35,304 bases of DNA from positions 1 through 35,304 of IMG/VR virus record IMGVR_UViG_3300017766_001811; one strand, written 5' to 3'. Below are positions 33,642 to 35,304 of the stretch, one piece after another (the first letter of the stretch is position 1; each line of letters begins with the position of its first letter). The notes under the pieces are model-generated. The model ran no database searches. It was not told the DNA's origin and saw only the letters and a list, made by a program, of their open reading frames with translations. This DNA is from a virus (lineage: Duplodnaviria; Caudoviricetes). Position numbers and translations under genes: made by a program.

Positions 33642-35065
33642 CACCACACCGCCATCACAGGATCGACCACACCAGGAGGTTCAAACATCGACACACCCCA
33701 CAGAGCCAAAGTGACCGCCACCAAAGGCGAGATATCCACAGCAGAACTCGACCTCGAGAAAGCCCACCGGTCACCCAAAGAACGCTTCTGAGCACCAGCC
33801 ACAGCAGCCGTCAGATCAGGCTGGCCACGATGATACAACTGTCCAGAAACCACAGCATCATACAACCGACCACAAGCAGTAGCCATATCCTTACCGTTCG
33901 ACACCATCACACGCAGACCACCCACCTCCAGATCATGCACCAACGTCGACGCAGGACCGACAGAATCCACCACAAACCCGATCGGATCCCAACGGTCAGC
34001 CAGTTCCACACACCTGCCCACCACCCAATCCGCACCTTCCCGATGGTCAACCAGTTCCACAGCCCAACCATCCTCCACCCCACCAGCCACAGCGATAGAC
34101 GCAGCCGAACGGTCAGGAGCAATATCAACAGCAAAACACAACGGACCACCAGGAGACACAGACTGAGACTCACGGCGGTTCCACGACGCAACCGGGATCG
34201 GACCCGCAACCAACCCACCAGTCCACCGGTTCAGATATGCACGTTCCGCTTCAGCCAGTTCCATGCTGGCGAAATCGGTAGACAGAGCATCCAGAGTGAT
34301 CGTGTGCCCCAGGGCAGGATGGCAACGACGCCACGTGTCAGGATCACTAGGATCATCCTCATCCGCAGCCGACCACTCAAAATAGACCGACCCAGACACC
34401 TCCCCAGACTGAGCGACCTCCCGACCACGATCAACCTTAGAACGCAGATACGCAGACTGAGGAGTACCAGCCGTAGAAATAATCCACAACTGCGGCTCCG
34501 GCCTGGTGATCATAGCCGGCTTCAACGCCTGTTCAAGACGGAAATCAACCTGGGCAAAAGCCTCATCGATCACAGCCAGATCCAAAGACTGACCATGGCC
34601 AGCACGTTCAGTAGTGGCCACAATCTGTTGCAACGAACCGTTCTGCCAACGGACAGCCTCAGAACCGTTACTGTGTCGGACCTCGAACAACGTGTCAAAC
34701 AGCGAACGCTCCAACAACGGCACATGTTCATCGCGCCACTTCTGCCGCGCATCCTGCGCAGTCTGAGCAGTATATACGATCCGTTGGTTCTCCCACTGGA
34801 TCGCACGCCACACCATGATGCTCAACAGAAGAGTGGTCTTACCCGCCTGACGTGGAACCGTCACACACACCTCACGGTGTGCCAACCGGCCGGTCTCATC
34901 ATCGATCTCCAACGCCACATCGACAACATGCCGCTGCCAAGGCATCAGACTGAAACCCAACATCTTGGCGACCTCAGCCACCGCACCACCATAGGTGCGG
35001 GGGTGGGTACGCTCACTCGCCCAGCGAGGTGGACAGTCGAGATGTGAGGATTCGGAATGCATCAT
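33641..35065 (-). CDS. terL: Terminase large subunit
   Basis: LMPWQ, Walker A VPRQAGKT, Walker B AVIDEA, ISTAG, nuclease AVDIAPDR and DISPLVA. Confidence 0.95.
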   Translation of the reverse strand: MMHSESSHLDCPPRWASERTHPRTYGGAVAEVAKMLGFSLMPWQRHVVDVALEIDDETGRLAHREVCVTVPRQAGKTTLLLSIMVWRAIQWENQRIVYTAQTAQDARQKWRDEHVPLLERSLFDTLFEVRHSNGSEAVRWQNGSLQQIVATTERAGHGQSLDLAVIDEAFAQVDFRLEQALKPAMITRPEPQLWIISTAGTPQSAYLRSKVDRGREVAQSGEVSGSVYFEWSAADEDDPSDPDTWRRCHPALGHTITLDALSTDFASMELAEAERAYLNRWTGGLVAGPIPVASWNRRESQSVSPGGPLCFAVDIAPDRSAASIAVAGGVEDGWAVELVDHREGADWVVGRCVELADRWDPIGFVVDSVGPASTLVHDLEVGGLRVMVSNGKDMATACGRLYDAVVSGQLYHRGQPDLTAAVAGAQKRSLGDRWAFSRSSSAVDISPLVAVTLALWGVSMFEPPGVVDPVMAVW

Positions 35066-35261
35066 TGTCCGCTCGAGGTCTCAGATCATCCAGGATCATA
35101 CGGATCTCACGTACCACACCTGCAGGGTTGGAACAGGTACCCAGGTCGAGATCGTTCGCCAGCCCGGTAGCAAGACTAGCGCGTACTTCCATCTCCAACG
35201 TCCAGTCGCTGTCCTGCCGGCGCACAGCCAACATAGCCTGAAGAGCCTCAGAGATGGTCAC
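35013..35261 (-). CDS. Terminase small subunit (probable)
   Basis: Short helical ORF directly upstream of terL; LA..LD...VREIR..L..L pattern; GGAG RBS. Confidence 0.65.
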   Translation of the reverse strand: MTISEALQAMLAVRRQDSDWTLEMEVRASLATGLANDLDLGTCSNPAGVVREIRMILDDLRPRADNDAFRILTSRLSTSLGE

Positions 35262-35304
35262 CGGGTCTCCGTCGGAGAGAGAGAACTCCGACTTGCGCCG
35301 GGCT

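Noticed and set aside
146-35047. Long + strand ORFs (e.g. 22942-23565, 27124-27933, 28670-29740, 30149-31147, 33632-35047)
   Set aside because: They are antisense shadows of well-supported minus-strand genes in GC-rich DNA and show no recognisable motifs.
1-35304. Integrase, repressor, attP, tRNA genes, reverse transcriptase or DGR
   Set aside because: No recombinase or RT motifs, divergent immunity region, cloverleaf or TR/VR pair recognised by eye. Dedicated searches were not run.

Overview
The window looks like a complete or near-complete ~35.3 kb genome of an HK97-type siphovirus. The host is probably an actinomycete (WhiB gene, actinobacterial-type PurB derivative, no LysB seen). All credible genes lie on the minus strand. 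From the right end they run: terminase, portal, protease, capsid, a two-gene insertion, head-tail and tail genes interleaved with three glycosyltransferase-like genes, lysis genes, accessory cassettes, a C5 DNA methyltransferase with an overprinted second ORF, recombination/replication genes, a nucleotide-metabolism block and an HNH nuclease. No integrase, repressor or DNA polymerase is recognisable. Highlights: (1) a probable 2-aminoadenine (Z-base) pathway of unusual make-up, with PurZ0-like synthetase, a MazG-like helical protein, a deoxyribosyltransferase/dUTPase fusion and a minimised adenylosuccinate lyase, but no DatZ or DpoZ; (2) five copies of a leader/RBS element, four with a promoter, heading accessory genes, plus a hairpin whose apex is the exact 12-nt antisense of the shared RBS; (3) a HiPIP-like Cys domain fused to the prohead protease; (4) candidate virion glycosylation genes; (5) an in-frame TAA in a probable tail-terminator gene. 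All family calls come from motif recognition by eye, not database searches.
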